64,000 nt of DNA from an uncultured delta proteobacterium (GTDB lineage Bacteria; Myxococcota_A; Polyangia; Polyangiales; Polyangiaceae): positions 1,696,001 through 1,760,000 of the forward strand of contig CAWJCS010000006.1 in assembly GCA_963841435.1 (NCBI GenBank), read 5' to 3'. Both the position numbers and the translations under genes were made by a program. Numbering within the stretch: position 1 is the first letter of the stretch; each line of letters begins with the position of its first letter. The notes beneath the pieces are model-generated. The model saw only the letters and a list, made by a program, of their open reading frames with translations. It was not told the origin of the DNA and did no database searches. Positions 17,464 through 28,242 of this stretch are shown piece by piece.

Positions 17464-18108
17464 ATGACGCGGGCCGTGCGTTCACGCCTCGCCCTCCTCG
17501 CTCTCGTGGCCGTGGCCTGCAACAACACGCCCCCCGATCGGCGCGAGTGGCGACCGTCCGACCACGACCACACCGACAACCCCGGCGCCGATCAAGTGGT
17601 GGGTGGGCCCGATGCAGGCACCGACCCGGAGCTCGCGCAGCACGGGCTCAACGAGGTCACGATCGTCGCGTGGTCGCAGAACTGCGTGCGCTGCCACGGA
17701 CGTCTCGGGCGTGGTGACGGGCCACAGGGCCCGATGGTCCACGCGACCGATCTTTCTAACCCCGAGTGGCAGAAGTCGGTGACCGACGACGACATTCTAA
17801 AGACGCTCAGGCAGGGCCGCGGGCTCATGCCGGCGTTCCCGCTCCCCGAGCCCACGCTCGAAGCGCTCGTGCATCTCGTGAGGTTGATCGGGCAGGCGAC
17901 GGCCGAGGACCACGCAGCCCCCGACGGCAGCGCCGCGGCGGCACCGAGCGGCTCGGCGCCTCGCGTCGCATCGCCGCACGGGAGCGCGACGGCACGCCTG
18001 CCGGCGACCGCCGCGAGCGAAAACTCGCAAGCTGGCGGCGCGGGTACGGCAGCCTCTGCACCGGCGAGCTCCGCGCACCCCATCGCACCTTCCCCTACCA
18101 CCCCATGA
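17464..18108 (+). CDS. Monoheme cytochrome c lipoprotein
   Basis: AVAC lipobox, CVRCH heme motif, distal MPAF. Confidence 0.88.
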   Translation: MTRAVRSRLALLALVAVACNNTPPDRREWRPSDHDHTDNPGADQVVGGPDAGTDPELAQHGLNEVTIVAWSQNCVRCHGRLGRGDGPQGPMVHATDLSNPEWQKSVTDDDILKTLRQGRGLMPAFPLPEPTLEALVHLVRLIGQATAEDHAAPDGSAAAAPSGSAPRVASPHGSATARLPATAASENSQAGGAGTAASAPASSAHPIAPSPTTP

Positions 18109-18529
18109 CCCTGCTGCCGGGGACTCCGGCGTTGCGGCGACGCGCGGCCCTCGCGCTCCTGGCACTCGGCAGCGTGCTCGCCTACCGCGCGCTCGAGCGG
18201 GACGTTCCGCGCGAGCACACGCTGATCTTCAGACTGGGCGACGAGTTACGTCACAAGCCGCTGCGGCTCCGCGCAACGCTCACGCGCGCGGGCGAAAGTG
18301 AGGCGCACAGTGGTTTCACACTCGAAAGAAGCGGTGACGAGGTGGGTGACCCGAAAACTACACTTCGTGCTCCGAGCGGCACCTACATGCTCTCCGTGGA
18401 TTGTGAGCAGCAGGTTCGACCGGACGCCGGCGACAGGGCGCCCACGGAGAAACGGGAGACATCGAGCGTGCATCGCGTTACGCTTCAAGGCGGCGACATC
18501 GTCGTCCCGATCGGCCAGAGGGTTCCCGA

Positions 18530-18533
<4 letters not shown>
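18105..18533 (+). CDS. Hypothetical protein with N-terminal membrane anchor
   Basis: ATGA and GTGA overlaps with both neighbours; hydrophobic N-terminus. Confidence 0.65.
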
Positions 18534-19894
<1,361 letters not shown>

Positions 19895-19903
19895 GGCGGC
19901 CCT

Positions 19904-21142
19904 TCAGAACTCGCCGCGCAGCGCGAACGAGAAGATGAGCGACGTCGTGTCGTCCGGCTTCTGGCCGCCCCACGTGAAGTCGCGCAGCTGTGTCTTGAGG
20001 AGGTCGAACCCAGCGCTCCCCTGCAGGAGCAGGAGCGCGCCGATGATGCGCGCGTCGGGCGCTCCCCGGAGCGCCGCGAGCACCCGCCCGCCGAGCGTGA
20101 CGCTCGACAGGGGTGAGAGCTCCCGATCACCCGTCCAGTACTGACCGCGGGGCCCGTAACGTGGCTCGCCGCCCGTGTAGTCGTTGCTGTAAAAGAGCGC
20201 ACCGCTCTGGGAGTAGTAGCGGCCGTGCACGAGCACCCGCAGTACCGGACCGAGATACTTCTCGGCTTCGAGCTCGTAGGTCTGTCCGAAGATGTCCCAG
20301 GTGTCGCGGTACAGGCGGATGGCGGCGGTGACGGCGCCCGTGAGGGGGCGCACGAAGTACTTTCCGCGTAGCGCGACCGCTCCGCGCGCGCGGTTGTCGG
20401 GTTGGTTCTCGAGCGCGTCGAGCCCCGCCGGCGTGATCACGACACCGCGGTACGGATTCTCCAAAAAGCCGTGCTGCAGCGAGCCCGTGACCACGAGCTG
20501 CGTCGCGACGGTCGGCGTCCATGCCTGGGTCCAGCCCGCCTGAAACACGTCGAGATCGATGGGGCGCTTTGCGCGGTCGGGCGCCTGCGTGAAGCAGCCA
20601 TCCGAGCTGTCGAGACGCGTCCGTGCCGAGGGGCTCGTCGCATCCGAGTACGCGGTCGTGCACACAGTGTCGAATCCGCGCGAGTAGGAAATTTCGAGCT
20701 CGGTGTCCCGCTGGAAGAAGTCGGTGCCCGCCGAAACCGTCACACTCTGCGACCGGTAGTCGCTTTCAGTGCCGTACGAGTAGTCCGCAGCGAGGCGCGT
20801 CGTGGACCGGGTGAACGTGAAGCCGCCGTGAACGGCATGGCGCACGTCGTCGAACGGGGTCGCCGACGACACGATGTCCGCCAGCGGCCCGCTCTTCACG
20901 GCCTCCGTGGCACCGCTGACGATGTCGGCCTCGTAGCTTGCATGAAGCTCGAGGAAATCGGCGGGGCTCACGGCGAGCGTCGCGGCGGGCGTGACGACCG
21001 TGAGGTGGCTTTCCTTCGACGGCTCGAGCAGCACCGTGCCGCGCAGATCGGCGCTCGCGACTTGCCCGCGCGCCTCGTTGCCCACGAACAGCGCGGCGAG
21101 CCCCAGCGCGAACGCCGGGAAGGCCCGAGCCCTCAATTGCAC
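19904..21142 (-). CDS. DUF3570-family outer-membrane protein
   Basis: DIVSGAT, ESDYRS, GFLENPYR and YRDTWDI motifs; C-terminal Phe; adjacent to a DUF4266-like gene. Confidence 0.8.
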   Translation of the reverse strand: MQLRARAFPAFALGLAALFVGNEARGQVASADLRGTVLLEPSKESHLTVVTPAATLAVSPADFLELHASYEADIVSGATEAVKSGPLADIVSSATPFDDVRHAVHGGFTFTRSTTRLAADYSYGTESDYRSQSVTVSAGTDFFQRDTELEISYSRGFDTVCTTAYSDATSPSARTRLDSSDGCFTQAPDRAKRPIDLDVFQAGWTQAWTPTVATQLVVTGSLQHGFLENPYRGVVITPAGLDALENQPDNRARGAVALRGKYFVRPLTGAVTAAIRLYRDTWDIFGQTYELEAEKYLGPVLRVLVHGRYYSQSGALFYSNDYTGGEPRYGPRGQYWTGDRELSPLSSVTLGGRVLAALRGAPDARIIGALLLLQGSAGFDLLKTQLRDFTWGGQKPDDTTSLIFSFALRGEF

Positions 21143-21405
21143 CCGCAGCCGCCTCCGCGGACGGACCCGCCTCCGAACGAAGACTCCCGATTCTCGAACA
21201 CGTGCTCGAGCGCCGCCTTCTCGCCCGGCTCGCCTTCGAAGTGCATCGTCGGATCGGCCAGCACGGCGCGCTGCTCCGGCCGCACGGTGACGCAGGCGGA
21301 GCTCGCGAGCGCGAGCACCACGACGACGGGAAACCAAGCGCTCGGTGCCCGCGGGCGCGGGCGGGTGAGCGTCGAGGTGGAGAGTCGGGGTCGGTGCTGT
21401 CGCAT
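21133..21405 (-). CDS. DUF4266-family small lipoprotein
   Basis: SSAC lipobox, VRPEQRAVLADPTM, C-terminal GGGCGCN. Confidence 0.85.
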   Translation of the reverse strand: MRQHRPRLSTSTLTRPRPRAPSAWFPVVVVLALASSACVTVRPEQRAVLADPTMHFEGEPGEKAALEHVFENRESSFGGGSVRGGGCGCN

Positions 21406-21415
21406 GGTCACTCTC

Positions 21416-22171
21416 TCAAAAGTACGAGCCGAGCCCCCCCGCGTAACACTGAACGTTCCGGTAGCGGTCCTCGGCGAACAGCACGAAGTCCGTGACCTCG
21501 AGCCGAAGCAGCAGGCGGAAGCGCAGCGACACGAGCAGCCCGCCTCCCACGCGCGCGCTGAACCAGGAGCGCTTCTGGCGGATGCGCTCCTCCTTGGGCT
21601 GTTCGCGCACGCCGCCGACGCCGAGCGTGAAGAACGGCGCGAGCGCCCAATCGGGCGCGATGTTGAGCGCAAAAGCGCCCCCGTAGAAGATTCTGCGACT
21701 GTCCGACTGTAGCGCGAGGCCCGCATACGGCTCGAACGCGATGGCCGGCGCGATCACGAGGGCGGGCCGGATCTCGGCGAAGCCCGACCCGTCGTAGGCA
21801 CCCGCCATGAGGGCGAGACCGCCACGCGCGTCCTCGAGCGCGGGCGGCGCGAACACGCCCGGCTTTTCGGGAGCGTTCGGCGCGTCCGCGTCGAACGCCA
21901 CGGCCTGCACGGTGTCGCCGAGCACGAAGGCGCGGCGGCCGTCCGGCAACAGGACTTCCATCCAGAAACCCGACGTTTCACGCGTCTCGACGAGGAAGGC
22001 GTCGCCGCGGTACGCGCGATGAATCACCCGGTACGAGATGCCGGGCCCCGCTCGCAGCTCCGTTTCGGCGACGACGACACGTGCGAACACGTCGCTGTCC
22101 GCCGCGGATGCGACGGCAGCGCGCATCAGCCACAACGAGGCGACGAGGAAGCAGAATGAAATTCGATTCAT
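21416..22171 (-). CDS. SH3b-domain protein with C-terminal beta-barrel-like region
   Basis: Signal peptide; ELRAGPGISYRVI SH3b motif; alternating strands ending GSYF. Confidence 0.78.
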   Translation of the reverse strand: MNRISFCFLVASLWLMRAAVASAADSDVFARVVVAETELRAGPGISYRVIHRAYRGDAFLVETRETSGFWMEVLLPDGRRAFVLGDTVQAVAFDADAPNAPEKPGVFAPPALEDARGGLALMAGAYDGSGFAEIRPALVIAPAIAFEPYAGLALQSDSRRIFYGGAFALNIAPDWALAPFFTLGVGGVREQPKEERIRQKRSWFSARVGGGLLVSLRFRLLLRLEVTDFVLFAEDRYRNVQCYAGGLGSYF

Positions 22172-22671
22172 TGCGTGGAGATACGCGTTGCCCATTCACG
22201 GATCGCCGCGGCGGCGTCGCTGTTCTCGTCGAAGATCTTGCGCGGGTGCTTGAGCACCGCGAGTGGCCGCAGCATGAGCGGCGCCGAATCCGGGTCGCGC
22301 CGCATCTTTACTTGCGCCGACTGGTAGTTGTCTCGCGCTTCGGTCGGAATGGGACCGCCCGGGACGTTGCCCTGACACGTGTCGGACACGTGGTTCGGAT
22401 AATCGAGAAAGCGAAACGACGTGACCGCAGCATGACACCCGCCCGTACCGTCCCCCTTGGTGGGGTCGCCCCCGCTACAGCTGTTCGGGAGCAGCGTCCG
22501 CGGCTCGACCTGGCAGTAGTAAAAGCCCTCGTCGAACACGATGTTCGCCACCTCGAAATCGGGACCAGGATCGACCGTCGTCGGCAGCAGGCCTTCCTCG
22601 CCGCAACCCCCGAGGGCCATCGCGAGCGCGAGCAGACCGAGGCCGGCGCCGACGCGGAGGGTGGTGCTCAC
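22168..22671 (-). CDS. Lipoprotein, possible atypical c-type cytochrome
   Basis: LGGC lipobox; C-x13-CH motif; later His and a ...IREW ending. Confidence 0.7.
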   Translation of the reverse strand: MSTTLRVGAGLGLLALAMALGGCGEEGLLPTTVDPGPDFEVANIVFDEGFYYCQVEPRTLLPNSCSGGDPTKGDGTGGCHAAVTSFRFLDYPNHVSDTCQGNVPGGPIPTEARDNYQSAQVKMRRDPDSAPLMLRPLAVLKHPRKIFDENSDAAAAIREWATRISTQ

Positions 22672-22968
22672 CACGACCTCACGGTAACAAAAAACCAGCG
22701 ACCACCGGCCCATCAAATCCGACAACGAACGCGCGCCTGCGCTCTGCATGTGAGACGAAGGGCGATCGGCCGGTGGGCAGGTGCGCGTATAAGTGAGCCT
22801 GGGTCCCACCTAAATAATCAGATCGCGAACTAGCGCTTGCTCTCGATCGCGAAGCTCCGCTAACTCTTTGCGCCCGGCCATGAAGTTGTGGCAGGCTTCC
22901 CTACACAGACCTACACCGCGCGCCTGCCCACGAGGGGTCGGCCGACACCCCCCGATGGAGATGCGAGC

Positions 22969-23136
22969 ATGAAGTTGAACCCGTACCTGTTCGCCGTGAT
23001 CCCCGCTGCGTTGCTCGCCTCGCGGGGAGCGTTCGGGGCGCAGCTCGCGGTGCTCGGCGTTACTCTCGGGATCTTCTTCGGCACGCTGTCGCTGCGCCGG
23101 CCCGCCGAAGGCGACGCCACCACGACCCAACACTGA
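22969..23136 (+). CDS. Small membrane protein (55 aa)
   Basis: GGAG RBS, two hydrophobic stretches, GC3 bias. Confidence 0.55.
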   Translation: MKLNPYLFAVIPAALLASRGAFGAQLAVLGVTLGIFFGTLSLRRPAEGDATTTQH

Positions 23137-24224
23137 CCGCCTCGTCGAGCGACCAACCGCCCCCGTCGGCGGATCCCGCGCGGGGCTCGCGGCTCAAGCG
23201 CTTCGAAGAGTTCTCGGTTCATGACGTTCAGGCGCTGCGCCTGATCCTGACCGGGGGGTCGGTGATCGACTGGCACCGGCTCAATCTGAAGGATATCGAG
23301 CACGCGCGCCGGCTGCTCTCGAACCACGAGCTGTCGTCCACGGAGCCGCGTGACGTCGCGTTCACGGAGCACGTGAAGCGTGAGGCCATCAGCTACCTCC
23401 GGCGCCATTTCAACTTCTCGATCCCGAAGCCCGTCGAGGAATCCTCCATCGTCGAGCTCCTGGTGATGGCCTCGGGCAAGGGTCATCGCCAGCTCTGCGC
23501 CTGTACGATCCTCAAGGCGGTGCAGATCATCAACCACATGGCGGGCCGCGAGCTCCTGTTTCGCCTGCCCGTCAGCGACCGCGATCTGTTCCATCTCGTC
23601 GAGGAGAAGGTCTACCGAGTCGTCGGCACGATGCTGAGCGAGGGCTTTCCCATCACGGAATTCATCGGCGGTCGCAAGAACCTCGATTCGACGTACGCGA
23701 AGCTATTGTCCAAACCGGAGGCCACCGCGGCCGCGCTCTACGACAAGCTGCGCTTTCGCATCGTGACCCGCACCCAGGAGGACATACTGCCCGTGGTGCT
23801 TTACCTCACCGAGCGGCTTTTCCCCTTCAACTTCGTGGTCCCGAAGCAGAGCACCAACACGATTTTCCATTTCAGGAGCTATTGCGAGCGGCATCCCCAG
23901 CTGGCGCCCATGATTCCCGAGTTCCAGGGGGCCCTCGACGACGACCTCACCCCCGGCGACAACCGCTTCAGCTCCCCCACCTACCGCGTCATCCAGTTCG
24001 TGACCGACGTCCCGGTGCGCGTCCCCCCCCACCTGATGGAGCTTGCGCCGCTCGGCTCCGAGCTGCTCGGACCCCTCGTGTACATGCTCTGCGAGTTTCA
24101 GGTGCTCGACGCCGAGAGCGAGGCGAAAAACGAGACCGGCGAGGCCAGCCACGAGGCTTACAAACGCCGCCAGCGCGAAGCGGTGTTCCGCCGGCTGAGG
24201 CTGGGGAGCCGCGGGGACGGCTGA
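23133..24224 (+). CDS. TIGR04552-like myxobacterial protein with RelA/SpoT synthetase-like motifs
   Basis: LRLILTGGSVIDWHRL N-terminus; GRKNLDSTYAKL, YDKLRFRIV, EFQV and ASHEAYK motifs. The frame is open upstream of the GTG at 23262 to a CTG at 23133. Confidence 0.8.
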   Translation: MTASSSDQPPPSADPARGSRLKRFEEFSVHDVQALRLILTGGSVIDWHRLNLKDIEHARRLLSNHELSSTEPRDVAFTEHVKREAISYLRRHFNFSIPKPVEESSIVELLVMASGKGHRQLCACTILKAVQIINHMAGRELLFRLPVSDRDLFHLVEEKVYRVVGTMLSEGFPITEFIGGRKNLDSTYAKLLSKPEATAAALYDKLRFRIVTRTQEDILPVVLYLTERLFPFNFVVPKQSTNTIFHFRSYCERHPQLAPMIPEFQGALDDDLTPGDNRFSSPTYRVIQFVTDVPVRVPPHLMELAPLGSELLGPLVYMLCEFQVLDAESEAKNETGEASHEAYKRRQREAVFRRLRLGSRGDG

Positions 24225-24290
24225 TCGCCACGGCGATTTTCCGCCGAGACTGCTGACTTTCCCAGGAAAGTGGTGGTAGGACGGTTCGGC

Positions 24291-24800
24291 ATGAGGCTCC
24301 ACGCGGCGAAAGTCGGCCAGATCGCCCAGGAGATGGTGAGTGCCCTCACCAAGAGCCGCGACATCGAGACCGAGTCGCCCGCCGAGGTGCGGGCCGATGT
24401 CGAAGCCGTCCTCAACCAGTACATTCGGGACGAGCAGTCCGTTTCCGAGCGCGCCAAGGACATGATCAGCGCGCGCGGGCTGTCGCAGACCGAGTACCCA
24501 CGGCTGCGCAAGCTCGTGGCCGACGAGAAACACATCAAGATCGGCGAGGACGCGGTCGACTACCTGCTCGACCAGCTCGTGGAGATGTTGATGCATTCGG
24601 CGAACGTCGACGAGGTGTTCGCCGAGGACTTCGAGCTCCGGCGCAAGATGCGCGACCCGCTTCGCAAGCAGCTGGCCGACGAGCAAGCGCTCGAGGCCGA
24701 GGTCAGAAAACAGCTGGGGCACGTGCAGGAGGGCACGGGACTCTGGGAGATCGAGTACCGGCGCATGATGGAGGACATCAAGCGCCGTAAGGGGCTGTGA
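24291..24800 (+). CDS. DUF507-family protein
   Basis: MRL...QIAQEMV start, helical, ends KRRKGL; upstream of yicC. Confidence 0.78.
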   Translation: MRLHAAKVGQIAQEMVSALTKSRDIETESPAEVRADVEAVLNQYIRDEQSVSERAKDMISARGLSQTEYPRLRKLVADEKHIKIGEDAVDYLLDQLVEMLMHSANVDEVFAEDFELRRKMRDPLRKQLADEQALEAEVRKQLGHVQEGTGLWEIEYRRMMEDIKRRKGL

Positions 24801-24810
24801 GCCGGCCGCG

Positions 24811-25680
24811 ATGCGGAGCATGACGGGCTACGGCTCCGCCGAGGCAACGCTCGGAGGGGGCGCCCTAACGCTCGAGCTTCGCACCCTGAATCATCGCTTC
24901 GTGGACGTGCGCGTGCGTCTGCCCGCCGAAATCGCAGACCAGGCCTCGTTCCTGGAGCTTTTGGTCCGCGACCGGCTCGACCGCGGTCGCATCGACGTAA
25001 CGGTGCGACTGAGCGGCGCGGCTCTGCCACCGGCACGCTTCTCGAGCGAACGCGCGCGCTCCCTACACGCGGCGCTCTGCACCCTGCGCGACGAGCTCGC
25101 GCCGGGGTCGGACGTGACGCTCGGCACGCTCTCGAGCTTCGCCGCGGCGCTGCTCGAGCCCTCCGCTCCCGAGCCGACGAGCGTGCGCGAGGCGCTCGGG
25201 GCGGCCCTCGACGACGCCCATCGGCTGCTCATCGAGATGCGCACGACCGAGGGCGAGTCGCTCGGGCGCGAGATCGGGTCACGCCTCGGGCGCCTGCGCG
25301 AGCTCGTCTCGGCCATCCGCGCCCGGGCAGGCGGCCTCGCCTCCGTCCAGCGCAACCGCTTGCGCGAACGGCTGGAACGGCTGCTCGCCGGCGGCGCTCC
25401 GCTCGATCAGAGCCGGCTCGAGAACGAGGTCGCCCTGATGGCGGATCGGGCCGACATCAGCGAGGAGCTCGCGCGGCTCGACAGCCATTTCGGCCAGCTC
25501 GAAGCGCTATTGGACACGCCGGGGCCTGTTGGGAGAAAATTCGACTTTCTGCTGCAGGAGATCGCCCGCGAGCTCAATACGGCCGGCGCCAAGTGCCAGG
25601 ACGCGCCGGTCGCCCAGCTCGTGGTGGATGCCAAGGTCGAGGTCGAACGCATGCGGGAGCAGGTGCAAAATGTCGAGTGA
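24811..25680 (+). CDS. yicC: YicC/YloC family endoribonuclease
   Basis: MRSMTGYG, ADISEELARL, GRKFDFLLQE and REQVQNVE motifs. Confidence 0.95.
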   Translation: MRSMTGYGSAEATLGGGALTLELRTLNHRFVDVRVRLPAEIADQASFLELLVRDRLDRGRIDVTVRLSGAALPPARFSSERARSLHAALCTLRDELAPGSDVTLGTLSSFAAALLEPSAPEPTSVREALGAALDDAHRLLIEMRTTEGESLGREIGSRLGRLRELVSAIRARAGGLASVQRNRLRERLERLLAGGAPLDQSRLENEVALMADRADISEELARLDSHFGQLEALLDTPGPVGRKFDFLLQEIARELNTAGAKCQDAPVAQLVVDAKVEVERMREQVQNVE

Positions 25681-26320
25681 CGGCCCGCTGCTCCTGATCG
25701 TGTCATCGCCCTCGGGTGCCGGGAAGACGACGCTCGCCAATCGCCTCCTCACGGTGGTCGACGGACTGAGGTTCAGCGTCTCCCACACGACGCGCAAGCC
25801 CCGCCCGGGCGAGTCGCCGGGACGCGAGTACCACTTCGTCGAGCGCGAGCGCTTCACCGAGCTAATCCGCGCCGACGCGTTTCTCGAGTGGGCCGAGGTG
25901 CACGAGAACCTCTACGGGACGAGCCGCTCCGAGGTCGAGCGCGCCACCGACGCGCGCGGCATCCTTTTCGACGTGGATCACCAGGGCGCCCGGCAAATCA
26001 AGAGCGTGCGTCCGGATGCCGTCGCCGTTTTCATCCTGCCCCCCAGCATGCCGGCGCTGCTCGACCGGCTGCGTGGGCGGGCCAGCGAAGACGACGCCAC
26101 GGTGATGAAGCGTTTCCGCGTGGCGAGAAACGAGATCGCCCACTATGGCCTCTTCGACTACGTGGTCGTGAACGAGGATCTCGAGCGCGCGCTCGACCAG
26201 CTAATCGCCATCTTCCGCGCGGAAGAATGCCGCCGCGCGCGCGCCGCCCGCCTGGCGGAGCACCTGCTCGACGAAACACGGGGCTTCGGTGGCACCGTCC
26301 CCCCAGGCCCGAAGGAGTGA
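25670..26320 (+). CDS. gmk: Guanylate kinase
   Basis: SSPSGAGKTT, SHTTRKPRPGE and FLEWAEVHENLYGT motifs. Confidence 0.97.
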   Translation: MSSDGPLLLIVSSPSGAGKTTLANRLLTVVDGLRFSVSHTTRKPRPGESPGREYHFVERERFTELIRADAFLEWAEVHENLYGTSRSEVERATDARGILFDVDHQGARQIKSVRPDAVAVFILPPSMPALLDRLRGRASEDDATVMKRFRVARNEIAHYGLFDYVVVNEDLERALDQLIAIFRAEECRRARAARLAEHLLDETRGFGGTVPPGPKE

Positions 26321-26330
26321 CCATATCCCA

Positions 26331-27245
26331 ATGAAAGCCGAGCCCTTGCTGATCGTCGGTTCGATGGCATTCGACGACCTCGACCTGCCGAGCGGCTCCG
26401 CCCGCGACGTCGTGGGCGGGTCCGCCACCTACGCGGCCTTCGCCGCCAGCCAGTTCGCCGCCGTCCGCATCGTCGCCGTCGTGGGCGAGGACTTTCCCGA
26501 GGAGACCCTCGCGGAGCTCGGAAGGCGGGGCGTCGACGTGAGCGGCGTGGAACGAGCCCCCGGCAAGACCTTTCGCTGGTGGGGCCGCTACGCCGACAAC
26601 CTCGCGAGCCGCACGACACTCGACACGCAGCTCAACGTGTTCGCGGACTTCAAACCCAAGCTGCCCGACTCGTTTCGCGGCACACCCTACGTCTTTCTCG
26701 GCAACATCCACCCCGCGCTGCAGCTCGACGTGCTCGAGCAGGTCGCTTCGCCTCGCTTCGTGGCGGCGGACACCATGAATTTCTGGATCGACGGGGAGCC
26801 GAAGCTGCTCGCCCGCGTGCTCGAGCGGCTCGACCTTTTCGTCATCAACGACGAGGAGCTCCGACAGCTCGCCGGCATCCACAACGTACGGCTCGCCGCG
26901 CGCGCCGTGCTCGGGATGGGTCCCAAGCGGCTCATCGTGAAGCGCGGGGAGTACGGCGCACTGCTCTTCGACGCCGACGGCAGCTTTTTCGTGCCAGCCT
27001 TCCCGCTCGAGGACGAGGTCGATCCGACAGGCGCGGGCGATACCTTCGCGGGGGCCCTGCTCGGCTGCCTCGCGCAGAGCAATGCGACCGACCGGCCCGC
27101 GCTCCGCCAGGCGCTTCACCTGGCGGCGACCGTCGCTTCCTTTTGCGTCGAGGACGTGGGCACCCGCCGGCTCGCCGTGATCGACCGCGACGCCATCCGC
27201 CGGCGTCAGCTCGAGCTGCGCGAGCTCGTGCATCCCGGCGACTAG
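26331..27245 (+). CDS. PfkB-family sugar/nucleoside kinase
   Basis: VGGSATY and DPTGAGDTFAG motifs. Confidence 0.92.
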   Translation: MKAEPLLIVGSMAFDDLDLPSGSARDVVGGSATYAAFAASQFAAVRIVAVVGEDFPEETLAELGRRGVDVSGVERAPGKTFRWWGRYADNLASRTTLDTQLNVFADFKPKLPDSFRGTPYVFLGNIHPALQLDVLEQVASPRFVAADTMNFWIDGEPKLLARVLERLDLFVINDEELRQLAGIHNVRLAARAVLGMGPKRLIVKRGEYGALLFDADGSFFVPAFPLEDEVDPTGAGDTFAGALLGCLAQSNATDRPALRQALHLAATVASFCVEDVGTRRLAVIDRDAIRRRQLELRELVHPGD

Positions 27246-27258
27246 CGCGGGCCAGGGC

Positions 27259-27522
27259 TCAGGCGGCCGCTTTGGCGGGGTCGTTCGCGAGCACGGTCGT
27301 CGGCGCCCCGTTCCGTTCGGCGCGCACCTCCCGCACCACCTTGAGCAAGGTCACGTGATCGGCGATGCCGCCCTCGAGCAGGGCGCGGACGAATCCGTCC
27401 ACGTAACCGATGGCCTGGCCGAGGCGGGGCTGCGTGGCGCCCTCGCTCTGAAGCCTCAGCGATTCGCGAAGCAGGGAGCGCAAGATGTCGAGCAGCTCGG
27501 CCTGGGACTTGGTCGCGTTCAT
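27259..27522 (-). CDS. Small hypothetical protein
   Basis: GGAGG RBS before ATG; helical 87 aa product (GYVDGFVRALL). Confidence 0.7.
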   Translation of the reverse strand: MNATKSQAELLDILRSLLRESLRLQSEGATQPRLGQAIGYVDGFVRALLEGGIADHVTLLKVVREVRAERNGAPTTVLANDPAKAAA

Positions 27523-27635
27523 GGGTGCCTCCGGGGCTATGTCGCGACGGTTATCGAAGCACGCGACATCGGGCCAAGTTTGTGGACCGCACCCCTCGGT
27601 TCCAGCGCACAAAACCCTCTGATTTCTCGCGGGGA

Positions 27636-27663
27636 TTGACCCGCTCCCCGTGCGTCTTATCTT
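27636..27663 (+). promoter_or_regulatory. Putative sigma70 promoter of panD
   Basis: TTGACC-16 nt-TATCTT in the divergent intergenic region. Confidence 0.4.
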
Positions 27664-27725
27664 AAGTAGGTCCGCTGGGTGGACCGGCAACTGCGCCGGC
27701 CGCCACGGTAGGGCCCATTTTCGCC

Positions 27726-28133
27726 ATGCGTCTCAACGTCTTCAAGTCGAAGATCCACCGCGCCACGGTCACTCACGCCGACGTGGCCTACGAGGGCAGC
27801 GTCACCATCGACCGCGATTTGCTGGATGCCGCCCAGATCCTCCCGTACGAGGCCGTCCACATCTGGAACGCCACGCGGGGGACGCGCCTCGTCACCTACG
27901 CGCTCGAGGGGCCGCGCGGCAGCGGGGCCATCTGCGTCAACGGTGCCGCCGCCCATCTCAACAAGCCGGGCGACATCGTGATCCTCGCCACCTTCGCCGA
28001 GATGAGCCCCGAAGAGGCGCGCGCGTACAAGCCCCGTGTCGTGCGCGTCGACGAGCACAACCGCCAGATCCCGGGCGGCGACGCCCCGGAAACGCCGGGG
28101 CCCGTCCTGGATTCGCTGCGCCTCTCGTCCTGA
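27726..28133 (+). CDS. panD: Aspartate 1-decarboxylase
   Basis: [14 protein letters not shown] cleavage site and NGAAAH motifs. Confidence 0.97.
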   Translation: MRLNVFKSKIHRATVTHADVAYEGSVTIDRDLLDAAQILPYEAVHIWNATRGTRLVTYALEGPRGSGAICVNGAAAHLNKPGDIVILATFAEMSPEEARAYKPRVVRVDEHNRQIPGGDAPETPGPVLDSLRLSS

Positions 28134-28242
28134 GGACACCGGGGCCGCCCCGAGCCCCCAACCCCCCACCCGACGAGCCCCCGGCCCGCAGAACTGGCGT
28201 CCGCGGCCTGGCATCGGCTAGACGTGGAACCCGAGCCAAGGC

